Source of the DNA: a virus | Lineage: Duplodnaviria > Caudoviricetes | Reading direction: 5' to 3' (one strand) | Virus record (IMG/VR): IMGVR_UViG_3300046171_000140 | Span: 1-51,452 of that record | DNA: 51,452 nt | In this document: piece after piece, positions 18,589 through 29,483 of the stretch | How the letters are laid out: each line of letters starts with the position of its first letter | How positions within the stretch are numbered: the stretch's first letter is position 1 | Notes under the pieces: model-generated | The model's input: the letters and a program-made list of their open reading frames with translations, nothing else | What the model was told of the DNA's origin: nothing | Databases searched by the model: none | Translations under genes and position numbers: made by a program

Positions 18589-19005
18589 ATGGCAACAATA
18601 ACAGAAGTGCGTAACGCACAATCATTAAACTCAGAGAATACTATGTTTGATGTAGAAATTAACCATCCAACTTTTGGTTGGATAGCTTATACATTAAATC
18701 CTAATGATACAGATATGACTATAGACAATAGTAAGTTGCTTGAACTTATTGGTTCAGACTATGCAGCCTATGTAGCACCTACTCAAGCAGAACTAGATGC
18801 AGAACTAGCAGCAAGTCTTAGAGCTCAACGTGATGGTAAACTAGCATTAGAAGTAGACCCTATAGTTTCTAATCCTCTACGATGGAATGAACTAACAGAA
18901 GCTAAACAAACAGAGTGGGCACAATACCGAACTGATTTACTTGATTTACCGGAGCAATCTGGTTTTCCAAACACAGTAACATTTCCAACCAAACCAACAG
19001 AATAA
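18589..19005 (+). CDS. Tail fibre assembly chaperone
   Basis: LRAQRD...WAQYRTDLLDLPEQSGFPNTVTFPTKP signature. Confidence 0.8.
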   Translation: MATITEVRNAQSLNSENTMFDVEINHPTFGWIAYTLNPNDTDMTIDNSKLLELIGSDYAAYVAPTQAELDAELAASLRAQRDGKLALEVDPIVSNPLRWNELTEAKQTEWAQYRTDLLDLPEQSGFPNTVTFPTKPTE

Positions 19006-19007
19006 AT

Positions 19008-19250
19008 ATGGAACTATCATCATACATTATTTGGAACGCAATAATAACATTAGTACTTGGACCAATCCTTTACAGTATTAGACAGAACGCTAACGAAGCT
19101 AAAAGACTAGATATTTTATTAAATAAAACTAGAGAAGAAATAGCTAAAGAATATGTAACCAAAGATGAACTAAAAGATGATATGAAAAATGTAATGGATA
19201 GATTAGAGAAACTTGATGAAAAACTTGACAAACTGTTTGAAATAAGGTAA
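19008..19250 (+). CDS. Membrane-anchored coiled-coil protein (holin/haemolysin-like)
   Basis: One N-terminal TM segment followed by LLNKTREEIAKEYVTK coiled coil. Confidence 0.6.
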   Translation: MELSSYIIWNAIITLVLGPILYSIRQNANEAKRLDILLNKTREEIAKEYVTKDELKDDMKNVMDRLEKLDEKLDKLFEIR

Positions 19251-19258
19251 AATAAACT

Positions 19259-21364
19259 GTGAAGAAGAAAAAAGGTTATAGAGCAAGTACTAGTTCAGTA
19301 CGACAAGATTATCGTGAAGGTGGTAGAGTTCAAGCTGCTAATGGTGGCATATTAACTTATAATGAGTGGTTTGATAATTATAAAAAAGATAATCCTAGAC
19401 CTAGTCCTAGAAATTATAGAGCATCAAAAGAATATGATGCTAACTTACCTCAATTGTATAGTGAATTTGTTGTAAATCAAAATAATGAATTACTTAGACA
19501 ACTCAAAGCAGCGACACCAACAACATCAGCAACACCATCAACAACAACTAAAAAAACAACATTCATGGGAATAGATATGTCATCGAAAGAAAAACAAAGA
19601 GCTGAACAAATAGCAAGAGGTGAAATTAAACCTGAACCTATAGCACCTATAGCTCAACAAAATCCATATATAACTGGAGTTGAAACACCTATAGTTCCTC
19701 AAGTTTCAGGAATGGGTCAAAATACTATTACTACTCCTCCAGTAGAACAAGCAAATACTGTGGCTGATTCAGCACAAACAAGTGCTGTACCTACTATGAC
19801 TCCAGCAACTATTGATGATGTTTCTTTAGTTCCAACTACTTCTACAACAGAAGCTGCTACAGGTATTGTTAGTGATGAAGCTATAGCTGATACTTTACAA
19901 ATTGAAAAAGTTCCTTCTATACAAGCAGCTGATGTAGAAATTCCTACAGGAGCTTTAACTGAAAGAATTACAGGAACACTTAGTCCAGCAGCATTATCTA
20001 ATGCAACTAAAATAGCTGGTGTAGATTTAAGAAGAGTTAGTAGAGCTAAAACTCAATTAGAAACAGCAGGTATATCTTCTCAAACTATTAATAATTTAGG
20101 TAATGACCCACAAGCACTTGAAAATGCTTTAATGGATATTTCAGAAGAAGAAAGAGGATTAATAGAAGGATTACCAAAAGAAGCTTTAGTTAGTACTCAA
20201 ATGAATTCTTTATTAACAGGAATTGAAAGTGGTGAAATACCTACATGGGCAAGTCCGGCAGTAGCTGCAGTAGAACAAATGTTAGCTCAACGAGGTTTAG
20301 AAGCTTCTAGTGTTGGTCGAGATAATTTATTTAATGCAATTATTCAATCAGCTTTACCTATTGCTCAATCAAATGCTCAAGCTATACAAACTTCTATAAA
20401 TCAAGAAAGAAGTATTGAAGCTCAAATTAATATTAAAGAAGCTGAGTTTGCTCAACAAACAGCTTTACAAAATGCTAATAATGTATTTCAATTAAATATG
20501 GCTCAGTTTAGTGCTGACCAACAGACAGCATTATCTAATAGTAAATTTTTACAAACAGTTGCTTTAACAGAAACTTCTGCTAAACAACAAGGAATTATTC
20601 AAGATGCTGCTTTATTATCACAAGCTAATTTAGCAGAAGCTAACTACAATACACAATTATCTATTCAAAATGCAAAATCATTTTTAGCTATGGATATGAC
20701 TAATTTAAGTAACGAACAACAAACAATAGTATTAAATGCTCAAGCAGAACAACAAAGATTGTTAAGTAATCAATCAGTAGAAAATGCTGCTAAACAATTT
20801 AATGCTACTAGTCAAAATCAAATAAATCAATTTGTTGCTAATTTAAATGCACAAATATCACAAGCTAATATAGCACAACAAAATGCAACAAATCAATTTA
20901 ATATAGCAGCTCAAAATGCAGCTAATGCTAGAAATACACAAATAGCAGCTGATATAGCTAAAGAAAATGCTAAATTAAAACAAGAAGCAGATAAATATAA
21001 TGTTGAATTATCTTTTCAAAGAGAACAATTTAATGCTACCAATGCTGCTCAAGTAGAAGCAGCTAATGTACAATGGCGAAGACAAACTAACACAGCAGCT
21101 ACAGCTGCACAAAATGCAGTGAATATGCAGAATGCACAAAATGCTTTTAATTTAACTGCTTCTGCTAATGCTTTTTTATGGCAAGAATTTAGAGACCAAG
21201 CAGACTTTGCTTTTAGAGAAGCAGAAAATGCTGAGAATAGAACATCACAAATAATTTCAACAGCTTTATCAGCTGACCCCGGAAAATATGCTAATAGTGT
21301 TGATAGTTTAAAATCTTTAGTAAACTCAATAATAGGTAGTGCTGGTACAGAATATAGGTATTAA
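19259..21364 (+). CDS. Internal virion / ejection protein (Gln/Ala/Asn-rich)
   Basis: Long helical QNA-rich region, ANVQWRRQTNT motif, N-terminal xxGG motifs. Confidence 0.7.
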   Translation: MKKKKGYRASTSSVRQDYREGGRVQAANGGILTYNEWFDNYKKDNPRPSPRNYRASKEYDANLPQLYSEFVVNQNNELLRQLKAATPTTSATPSTTTKKTTFMGIDMSSKEKQRAEQIARGEIKPEPIAPIAQQNPYITGVETPIVPQVSGMGQNTITTPPVEQANTVADSAQTSAVPTMTPATIDDVSLVPTTSTTEAATGIVSDEAIADTLQIEKVPSIQAADVEIPTGALTERITGTLSPAALSNATKIAGVDLRRVSRAKTQLETAGISSQTINNLGNDPQALENALMDISEEERGLIEGLPKEALVSTQMNSLLTGIESGEIPTWASPAVAAVEQMLAQRGLEASSVGRDNLFNAIIQSALPIAQSNAQAIQTSINQERSIEAQINIKEAEFAQQTALQNANNVFQLNMAQFSADQQTALSNSKFLQTVALTETSAKQQGIIQDAALLSQANLAEANYNTQLSIQNAKSFLAMDMTNLSNEQQTIVLNAQAEQQRLLSNQSVENAAKQFNATSQNQINQFVANLNAQISQANIAQQNATNQFNIAAQNAANARNTQIAADIAKENAKLKQEADKYNVELSFQREQFNATNAAQVEAANVQWRRQTNTAATAAQNAVNMQNAQNAFNLTASANAFLWQEFRDQADFAFREAENAENRTSQIISTALSADPGKYANSVDSLKSLVNSIIGSAGTEYRY

Positions 21365-21406
21365 AATAAACTATGTTAATCGTAAAAAACTTACAGGAGG
21401 TGTGAC

Positions 21407-22150
21407 TTCAAATTTATAAAAAAAATATTTAAAAAAGTAGCTAAAGGTATTAGAAGTATCGGTAGAGGTATTAAAAAACTTTTTAGTAAAAAATGGTTTA
21501 AAGTTGCTGCTTTAGTAGGCTTAGCAATGTTTACAGGTGGAGCTATGAATGGTTGGTTTGGTAAAACTGCAACCACTTCAACAGGAAAAGCTCTTACAAT
21601 AACAGAAGCTAATACTATTAATACTTTTAATGCTGGTACTAGTGCTAAAGGTTATGCAAAGGCTGCAGCAGAAATTGCAAAAAGTACTGAATTACAACAA
21701 ATAGCAGCAAAAGCTGCTGAAACTGGTACTAGAATATTAGGTACAACAGGTGGAAATATTCTTACAAATATTCCCGGAAAATTAGCTAGTGTTGGAGGTA
21801 ACACTCTTTCATCTACTGCTGTTGCTGGTGGTGGATTTAGTGTAGCACCTATAGTTCCAAGTACATTACAAAAAGCTGTAGCTGTTGGTGGTGGTACAGG
21901 AGCTAGTATGATAGGTACTAGTGCTTTTCAATATGGTTTAACTGAGTTACAAGATGTAGAAGAAGAAAAATATGGTACTATGGCTGGATTAATGCAAGAA
22001 GATAGAACTCTTTCAGGTACTCAACCTATAGGTTATACTCCAATTCAAACACAATTTGATATTAATGCAGGTGTAACTCCTATAAGACCTTTAGAATATG
22101 GTGTAGGTGCTCAACCAATTAACATTACTCAAAAATTAGGAATAGTCTAA
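21407..22150 (+). CDS. Probable ejection/pilot protein; start uncertain
   Basis: Frame open from 21386; SD AGGAGG at 21395-21400; amphipathic FKFIKKIFKKVAKGIRSIG precedes the first ATG (21527). Confidence 0.55.
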   Translation, partial: FKFIKKIFKKVAKGIRSIGRGIKKLFSKKWFKVAALVGLAMFTGGAMNGWFGKTATTSTGKALTITEANTINTFNAGTSAKGYAKAAAEIAKSTELQQIAAKAAETGTRILGTTGGNILTNIPGKLASVGGNTLSSTAVAGGGFSVAPIVPSTLQKAVAVGGGTGASMIGTSAFQYGLTELQDVEEEKYGTMAGLMQEDRTLSGTQPIGYTPIQTQFDINAGVTPIRPLEYGVGAQPINITQKLGIV

Positions 22151-22890
22151 TGTCACAAGAAAATAAATTAAAAGATGTTTTAGCAGATGCTAGTAAATTA
22201 AAATCTAATAGCTTAACTACAGCTACTATGGATGCAATTAAACTAGCAGAAGCTAATGGTCTTAGTGTGGAAGAATTAGTAGGACAGTTAGGTGTAGACC
22301 TTAATGCTCCTGAATCTAAAATTCCAGTTGATGATACTTCTGATATTGCTGATGAAGAAAAAATTAATGAGTTTATTAAATTGCAATCTAAAGCACCTAT
22401 ACCCGGACAATCTTTAACTAATAGCCCAGAAAGTCCTTATCCTTGGGAAAAAGAAACGCAATTTGCTAATCCTAAAGATGCTATTGAAGATTTATATGGT
22501 AGACTATTACAACCAGAAGCTACTGCTGCTATAGCTAAATCTTTAAAAGCTGGAGCTACAGTATCTGATATTACAACTACAATCTTATATACTGATTTTA
22601 CTGAAGGTAAATATAATCCAGATGTATTAATGTTATTAATGGAACCAACTATGTATTTAGTTATGGGTATTGGTGAAAAAGCTAACATTGATTATGAGTT
22701 AGGTGAAGGAGAAGATGAAGAAAATATTAAAACAGATAGTGAAGAAACTTCTTTTCAACTAGGTAATGCTATAAATTCAATGAAACAAACAGCAATATCT
22801 AAACCTATTAGAGAAGAAACTGTTCCAGAAAATTTAAGAAAAAAATTAAAAAGCGTTGAAGTACCAAGCTTACTAGAGAGGAAAGTATAA
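22150..22890 (+). CDS. Hypothetical virion protein (PIPGQSLT...PWE motif)
   Basis: Motif typical of this podovirus module; TAATG coupling. Confidence 0.7.
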   Translation: MSQENKLKDVLADASKLKSNSLTTATMDAIKLAEANGLSVEELVGQLGVDLNAPESKIPVDDTSDIADEEKINEFIKLQSKAPIPGQSLTNSPESPYPWEKETQFANPKDAIEDLYGRLLQPEATAAIAKSLKAGATVSDITTTILYTDFTEGKYNPDVLMLLMEPTMYLVMGIGEKANIDYELGEGEDEENIKTDSEETSFQLGNAINSMKQTAISKPIREETVPENLRKKLKSVEVPSLLERKV

Positions 22891-25178
22891 TGTCTGATTT
22901 TTTTAAAAATGCTCAAACAAATGAAGTAGTTAATTCTATATTAGCTAATAGAAAAAGAGAACAAGAAAGTATTACTGCTAAAGATGTAGGTATAATGATA
23001 CTATCAAGTTTACCTAATTATATTGCTAATTATAATCAAGCTACAGTTGATGAAAAAAATAGACAAAAAGATGCAGTAACAAATCAATTTCAAAATGTTT
23101 TTGCAGAACTTAATGAAGAGTTTGCAGTAGCAGACCCTCAAAGAAAACTTTATCAAAGATATCAAAAGCCAGAAGAAAGAGAATTTTTATTAAATGAATT
23201 AGTAAATAAAAAATTAATAAATTCTGATTTAGTGCAAAAACTAACAGCAGAAGGAATTGATTATACTAAAACTAATAGAAAAGATATTTTAAAAAGTATT
23301 AATAAATGGAAAGAAAATCAAAAACAATTAGAAATATTTGCTTTAGAAAGATATGCTGAAAGTCCTTTTATTTCTACTCCTAATAAAGCTAGTTTTGGTA
23401 CAAAAATAAATCAAGATTTAGTTAAAGAAATAAATAAAATTCAAGCACAACCTGACACTATTGTTGGTGATGTAGTTAATAGTCTTAGAAAATGGTGGCA
23501 AGGAACTCCAGAGTCTGCAGAATATCCAGCAGCTATAGAAGATGCTGAGTTAGAAGTAGCTTTACAAAAACCTTTAGATTTTTATAAAAATATAAAAGAA
23601 AAAGAAAATAATTTTAAAAATAATGTATTTAATAAATATAATTTAAAATTACCTAAAGATGGAAATATTAATGAAAAGTATTACACTGATGTAGTTTTTG
23701 GTGCAAAACCAGAATTAGCTGATGAATATACAAAAGCATTTAAAAAGAAAATAACTCCTACTAGCACTGGAGTTCAACAATCATTAGGTTTAGAATTACA
23801 ATATACAAAAGAAAATAATGACTTAGGCACATTAGATTTTAATGCAAGACAATTAAACAAATTTAAAATTTATAATATTGATGGTGTTGAACTAAACTCA
23901 TCACCAATAAATGTATATGCTAATGATTTTGGTAAAATAAAAAGTGTAATTAGAGCTTCTGAAGAGTATGCTCAAACTGAAAATGAAAATTTAAGATTAT
24001 CAACTGAAGAAGAATTAGATGGTATAGCTCATAGATTATTAAGTCATAGATTAGGAGAAGGTGAATTTGGTAAAGAATATAAACCTTTACAAGATTTAGC
24101 AATTAATTCTACCGGCATAGCTGCTTATCAAAATATTTCAAAAGGTTTAAATAATAAAGATAATTTAACAATGACTGACATTATTAATACAGCTTATTTA
24201 CAAAATGTTAGATTAGAAGGTACAAAAGCTGATATTATAATAGCAAATAGTATTAGTGAAGAATTTAATAAATCTTTAAAAGCTGGTTATGATTTTACAA
24301 AATTTAAAAATGTTCAAGAAAGAAAAGCAGACCAGTTTGAAGATGATGAGTTATTAGATGTTGGAGCTAAAGAAATTGAAACAGCAACTTTAAATAGAAA
24401 AATAAAATTAATGGAAGCAGCTCAACAAGGTAAAGTAACAGATTTAGGTGACCAAGAAGTTGTAGCTTTTGAAAGATTAAAATATTTATTAAATGATAAT
24501 ATTGAAAAACCAGAATCAATTTTATTTTCTAATATGGAAAAAGCTGATGAGTCTGATATTGTTAATACTTCATTAACTAAAGAAGAAAAAATAAACTACA
24601 TTAAAAACTTTGAATCTGTTTATAATCCTAACATAGTTGACCTTAATGAAATTTATAGAATAGCAAAAGTTGATGATTATGTTACAGAAGAAGTTATTGA
24701 AATAAAAGATATACCTGAAAAAGTTAGAGAAGAAATAATAGAAGTTTCAAAAGGTTTAAATACTACACAAAGCCTTATATTAGGTTTAAATGCTGCTTCA
24801 TTAGCTCTTATGGCTTTTCCTACACCTCAAACATATATAGCTGCTGGAATTACAAAAGTAGGTGCACTTGCAATACAAGGTTTTAGAGGAGCTAATTTAA
24901 TGTTCCAAGCTAGAAAAGCTAAAATTCTTAAAGAAGTAGGAGAAAAAGCAATACAAAAAGGAGGTGGTCTTCCTAGTAAAATTTCTTATACACAAATGGG
25001 TCCAAATATAGTTAAAGAAACAGGTGGTAAAGTAATTAAAGATTTAAAACTACCTACAAGAATATTAGCAGGTGGTACAGCTATTGGTTCAGGTGCTTCT
25101 TTATTAAGTCCAGACTCTCCACTATCTGTAAATCCAAGAAAGAAAAGCAGAAGAAGTAAAACAGAAGACGAGGAATAA
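22890..25178 (+). CDS. Large hypothetical, probable internal virion protein
   Basis: 762-aa ORF among the ejection genes. Confidence 0.65.
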   Translation: MSDFFKNAQTNEVVNSILANRKREQESITAKDVGIMILSSLPNYIANYNQATVDEKNRQKDAVTNQFQNVFAELNEEFAVADPQRKLYQRYQKPEEREFLLNELVNKKLINSDLVQKLTAEGIDYTKTNRKDILKSINKWKENQKQLEIFALERYAESPFISTPNKASFGTKINQDLVKEINKIQAQPDTIVGDVVNSLRKWWQGTPESAEYPAAIEDAELEVALQKPLDFYKNIKEKENNFKNNVFNKYNLKLPKDGNINEKYYTDVVFGAKPELADEYTKAFKKKITPTSTGVQQSLGLELQYTKENNDLGTLDFNARQLNKFKIYNIDGVELNSSPINVYANDFGKIKSVIRASEEYAQTENENLRLSTEEELDGIAHRLLSHRLGEGEFGKEYKPLQDLAINSTGIAAYQNISKGLNNKDNLTMTDIINTAYLQNVRLEGTKADIIIANSISEEFNKSLKAGYDFTKFKNVQERKADQFEDDELLDVGAKEIETATLNRKIKLMEAAQQGKVTDLGDQEVVAFERLKYLLNDNIEKPESILFSNMEKADESDIVNTSLTKEEKINYIKNFESVYNPNIVDLNEIYRIAKVDDYVTEEVIEIKDIPEKVREEIIEVSKGLNTTQSLILGLNAASLALMAFPTPQTYIAAGITKVGALAIQGFRGANLMFQARKAKILKEVGEKAIQKGGGLPSKISYTQMGPNIVKETGGKVIKDLKLPTRILAGGTAIGSGASLLSPDSPLSVNPRKKSRRSKTEDEE

Positions 25179-25181
25179 ATA

Positions 25182-28100
25182 ATGCCTGATATGTTTTTTA
25201 TGAATGATACATCAAGTATCTCTAATACTAAAGAATCTCAACCTTCTCATATACCTCAAAATAAAAATACAAATATTTTTAATCCTTCATTTCAACAAGG
25301 ACAACAAAGAGGAACTCGTAAAAAATCTATGTCGCAACTAGCAAGAACTCCTGAGTTTAAGTTAAGAGCTGAAAGATTTTTAGAAGGTGTTGGTAGTAAC
25401 GATAATGTTTTTGAATATCTTAGAGACTCTGAATATAGTTTAAGTTCAGCTATGGTTCGTTCATTTCAAACTGGTAATTGGACTGATGAACAAAAAGAAG
25501 ACTATGCATATTTAAGTAATGCTTTTCAAAATGCAGAAGTTAGAGGTTTTAACGAACGCATGGGTTTAATTAAAGATTTAAGTATTGATATAGTTGCTGA
25601 CCCTCTTAACATTGTTGCTTTAATGTTTGCTCCTGTTACTGGAGGAGCTTCTACAGCAGTTGCAAAAACTGCTACAGAGACTGCTAAGTTTGGTATAAAA
25701 AAACTAATGGCTTCTAAAACAGGTAAAGCAGGAATTTATGGAGCAGCAGAAGGTTCTGTTTGGGGTGGTAGTTATGACTATTTTAATCAAGCTATTGACT
25801 ATGATGTTTATGGTGACGATATAGATTGGAGTCAAGTAGCTATTATGTCTGGTTTAGGAGCAGGTATAGGTGCAGGAGCAGCTGCAGGAATAACAAAACT
25901 ATCTAATTCTGAGTTTGCTAAAAATTTATTTAGATATAGTAATGAAGATGATATTATTAAACAAACAGCTCAATGGGATACTGATGGTTGGAGTAGAGCA
26001 GGACAAACACAATATGAAAATTTAAGTTCATTATCTGATAGTTCTAAAGCTGGGAAGAATCCAATTAAATTTCTTTCACAAATTATGGCAGAAAAACCTA
26101 CAGCTAGATATGTAAAACTAGCAGGTTCTTCTGAAACTTTAAAAGAATTACTTCGTAGATTTAGATACGATTGGGATGTTCAATTTTTTAATAGAGGTGA
26201 AGGTGGAGTAAGAAAAGATTCTTATGGTTTAGGTGTAGCAAGAAGACAAGGTGATTATCTTTTTGATTTAAAAAAATCTTTAAAAAATTTAGATAGAACA
26301 GGTTGGTGGGGAAGACTAACAACTTCTGATAATAATCAAGTAAGAGCTTTACTTTTAAATCCAAAACTTAAAACTCTTAATGGTGAACCTATAAATGAAT
26401 ATGCACAACAAGCTTCTAAAGATATTAGAAAACTTTTACAAAGAGTTTTTGAAGATGGTAAGAAAGAAAATTTATTTACCTTTAGTCAATTTGTAGAAAA
26501 TTATTTTCCTAGAAAATTTGCTTTTGATAAAATATCTAGTAAAGAAGGTAGACAAAAATTAATTAATTTAATATCTCAAAAAAAATATAAACACGCTGAA
26601 CCTTTAAACGATTTACCAACAGTAAAAGGAACAGTTGGTGATATGGAAGTAGAAGATATTGTTTTACCAGATGCAGTAGCAATAGATATGCAAGTGTTTG
26701 GAAAAAACTTTATTGAAGAAGCTAAAAAAGAATTAAGAATATTTAGTGATGATATTTCTGATGAAGTAATGGAAAATAGAATTTTACCAGAAGCTAGAAG
26801 ATTAAAAGCTACAGATATTGTTGATAATATGATTGAGTATAAATATACTCCATTTGATACAGCATACGAAACAGGTACTGGTGGTTATGGATTTTTAAAA
26901 CACAGAGTCTTTGATAATATTCCTGATAGAGAATTAGTTGAATTTATGGATAATAATGTTGAAGATGTTTTATCTGATTATCTTTCAGCTGCTGCTCAGA
27001 CTATTGAAAGAACTAAAAAATTTGGTCGTACTGCAGAAGATTTTAATAAAAATTTTTTACTTCCTATTGAAAAAGAATTAATGGATGCTGGTATGGATAG
27101 AGCAGATGCTTTTGCAATTAGAGAAAATCTTAAAGTAATGCATAATAAAGTTACTGGTTTAGACAATGGTACTGGATTATTAGATGGTAAAACATTTAAA
27201 AGTCAAACAGGACAAAACTTTTCTACATGGGGAAGACTTTCTCAACAAATGGCTCACTTACCTTTTGCTACAATTTCCAGTTTAACTGAACCATTAATTT
27301 TAATATCAAGAGCAGGAGTTAAAGATACTCCTTTTGTTGTAAAAGATATAGTTAAATCTTTAGGTAAAGAAACTTATAAAACTTTAAATAAAGCTGCTAG
27401 AGCTTCTTATAGAGTTACTACTGGTAAAACTACAAAAGGTTTAAAAGATGTTGATGATGATACATGGGCAGAAATATATAAAACAGGATTAGCTTTAGAA
27501 CAATCTGTAATGGAAAGATTAGAAAGTTTAACTGGTGAAGCATTAGAAGGTAGTGTAGCTAGAAGATTATCACAAGGATTTTTTCAAGCTAATTTATTAC
27601 AACAATGGACTACTGCTGTACAGTTAGCTTCGTTTACTACTGGTAAGCGAATGATTAAAGAAAATGCTAGAAAGTTACATTTAAATAAAACTGAAGGTAA
27701 ATCTTTAAGTATGTTTGGTATGAATGACAAACGAACTAAAAAATACTTAACTGACCAACTTAATGAATTAGGAGTTGATGATAAAGATGCAACTACTTGG
27801 TATCAAAAATATTATAAAGATGGTAAGTTTAATGATGAACTAGCTAAAGAAGATGATTTTTATACTCAACAATATATTCCAGCAGCTAATAGATTTACTA
27901 AAGAAGTTATTTTAAATCCAAGTGTTGCTGAAGCTAATAGACCTTTATGGTTTTCTAGCCCAGCAGGACAATTATTAGTTCAGTTTGCTGGATATCCTAC
28001 TGTATTTAATAACACTGTATTAAAAAGATTTGTTAATGAAATGGATAAACCAGAAATTGTAGCTCCTAAAATATTAGCTGCTTCTATGTTAATGACTGCT

Positions 28101-29243
28101 ACTGCTGTACTGACTAATACAATTCGTAGTGATGCTAAAAACTTTGAAGACTTAGAAACTTTAAAACCCGGAGAATTATTTGATTCAGATAACTTTGAAG
28201 ATAATAGAGAAATAGTACTAGATGCTGTACAAAGATGGGGAGGTTTAGGTATAGGTGATTATGGTAGAAGATGGTATGAAAATTATAGAATTGGTGGTGG
28301 TGATTTAGGTGTTGCTTTAAAAACTCCAACTGGTCCTTTAGCTCAAGATGTAATAGATATGCTTTTATATAGAAAAGGTATCGGAGAAATGGCTGCTAGT
28401 AATTTACCATTTGTAGGATTAACTTCAGCTATACCAGAAGATTCAGAACTAGGTGCTATATCTTTTAAAAATATTAAAAGAAAAGGTAGAGAACTAGATA
28501 AATCACGAAAAGAATTTTTAGCTAAATATATTTTAAATGAACAAAGAGTAAACTATGATAAAGGTGGTTTAGTTACAGATGTTCCTCAAGTACCTCAAGA
28601 GCCTGATGAAAGAATAGATAAGATGACAGGTGTGCCTTATGATGAACAAGCAGGTAGCGTTATGAAAGATGAAGAAGAAAGAGTGCTTGTTAATAGAGGT
28701 GGATTATTAAATACATTACAAGCTAGAAAACAAATGAATAGTGGTGGTCTTCCTAGTGATGAGTTTAATATGAATAACTTTTTAGAACATTTAAAATATA
28801 GAGAAGGTTTAAAAGATGAAGTATATTTAGATACATTAGATAAACCAACTGGAGGAGTTGGTCACTTACTCACTAGTGAAGAATTAAAAAAATATAAAGT
28901 TGGTGATAAAATAGAACAAGATGTTATAGATAATTGGTTAAAAGAAGATTCAGAAAAAGCCGTTAAAGCTGCAAGACAACAAGCAAAAGAATATGGTATT
29001 TCTAGTGGTAAATTTATAGAAGCTTTAGGGAGTGTTAATTTTCAATTAGGTGTAAACTGGGAAAATAAATTCCCTAGTGCTGTTAAAGCTTTAAAAGAAA
29101 AAAATTATCAAGAAGCAATAAAACAAATAAGCACAGGTAGTGCAGAAGGTGGTGAATCTAAATGGAAAGCACAAACTCCTACCAGAGTTGAAGACTTTGT
29201 AAATGCTATAAATAAATTAGAAGTTATAAATACTACACGATGA
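25182..29243 (+). CDS. Large internal virion protein with C-terminal T4-lysozyme-like (GH24) domain
   Basis: C-terminal LKYREGLKDEVYLDTLDKPTGGVGHLL (E-x8-D-x5-T triad), FQLG and SKWKAQTPTRV. Confidence 0.8.
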   Translation: MPDMFFMNDTSSISNTKESQPSHIPQNKNTNIFNPSFQQGQQRGTRKKSMSQLARTPEFKLRAERFLEGVGSNDNVFEYLRDSEYSLSSAMVRSFQTGNWTDEQKEDYAYLSNAFQNAEVRGFNERMGLIKDLSIDIVADPLNIVALMFAPVTGGASTAVAKTATETAKFGIKKLMASKTGKAGIYGAAEGSVWGGSYDYFNQAIDYDVYGDDIDWSQVAIMSGLGAGIGAGAAAGITKLSNSEFAKNLFRYSNEDDIIKQTAQWDTDGWSRAGQTQYENLSSLSDSSKAGKNPIKFLSQIMAEKPTARYVKLAGSSETLKELLRRFRYDWDVQFFNRGEGGVRKDSYGLGVARRQGDYLFDLKKSLKNLDRTGWWGRLTTSDNNQVRALLLNPKLKTLNGEPINEYAQQASKDIRKLLQRVFEDGKKENLFTFSQFVENYFPRKFAFDKISSKEGRQKLINLISQKKYKHAEPLNDLPTVKGTVGDMEVEDIVLPDAVAIDMQVFGKNFIEEAKKELRIFSDDISDEVMENRILPEARRLKATDIVDNMIEYKYTPFDTAYETGTGGYGFLKHRVFDNIPDRELVEFMDNNVEDVLSDYLSAAAQTIERTKKFGRTAEDFNKNFLLPIEKELMDAGMDRADAFAIRENLKVMHNKVTGLDNGTGLLDGKTFKSQTGQNFSTWGRLSQQMAHLPFATISSLTEPLILISRAGVKDTPFVVKDIVKSLGKETYKTLNKAARASYRVTTGKTTKGLKDVDDDTWAEIYKTGLALEQSVMERLESLTGEALEGSVARRLSQGFFQANLLQQWTTAVQLASFTTGKRMIKENARKLHLNKTEGKSLSMFGMNDKRTKKYLTDQLNELGVDDKDATTWYQKYYKDGKFNDELAKEDDFYTQQYIPAANRFTKEVILNPSVAEANRPLWFSSPAGQLLVQFAGYPTVFNNTVLKRFVNEMDKPEIVAPKILAASMLMTATAVLTNTIRSDAKNFEDLETLKPGELFDSDNFEDNREIVLDAVQRWGGLGIGDYGRRWYENYRIGGGDLGVALKTPTGPLAQDVIDMLLYRKGIGEMAASNLPFVGLTSAIPEDSELGAISFKNIKRKGRELDKSRKEFLAKYILNEQRVNYDKGGLVTDVPQVPQEPDERIDKMTGVPYDEQAGSVMKDEEERVLVNRGGLLNTLQARKQMNSGGLPSDEFNMNNFLEHLKYREGLKDEVYLDTLDKPTGGVGHLLTSEELKKYKVGDKIEQDVIDNWLKEDSEKAVKAARQQAKEYGISSGKFIEALGSVNFQLGVNWENKFPSAVKALKEKNYQEAIKQISTGSAEGGESKWKAQTPTRVEDFVNAINKLEVINTTR

Positions 29244-29482
29244 TACTATACAGAGAAAAAGATTTAGACGAAGCATATAGACTTGATTGTAAATCAAGAA
29301 CTAAAAAGAATATGCCTTGGGTTATGCGAGAAGAATTTAGAAGTATATACGAACAACTTGTAGAAATATATATGATTAAGTTAGCAGAAGACCCTTCTAT
29401 AGATATGGAAGATGCTCCTGAGTTTGTTATTGCTTCTGTTAAAGATTTACTATTTAACGATTTAACTTTTATACCAGAATAA
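29240..29482 (+). CDS. Hypothetical protein
   Basis: ATGA coupled; MILYREKDLDEAY...EFRSIYE. Confidence 0.65.
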   Translation: MILYREKDLDEAYRLDCKSRTKKNMPWVMREEFRSIYEQLVEIYMIKLAEDPSIDMEDAPEFVIASVKDLLFNDLTFIPE

Positions 29483-29483
29483 T

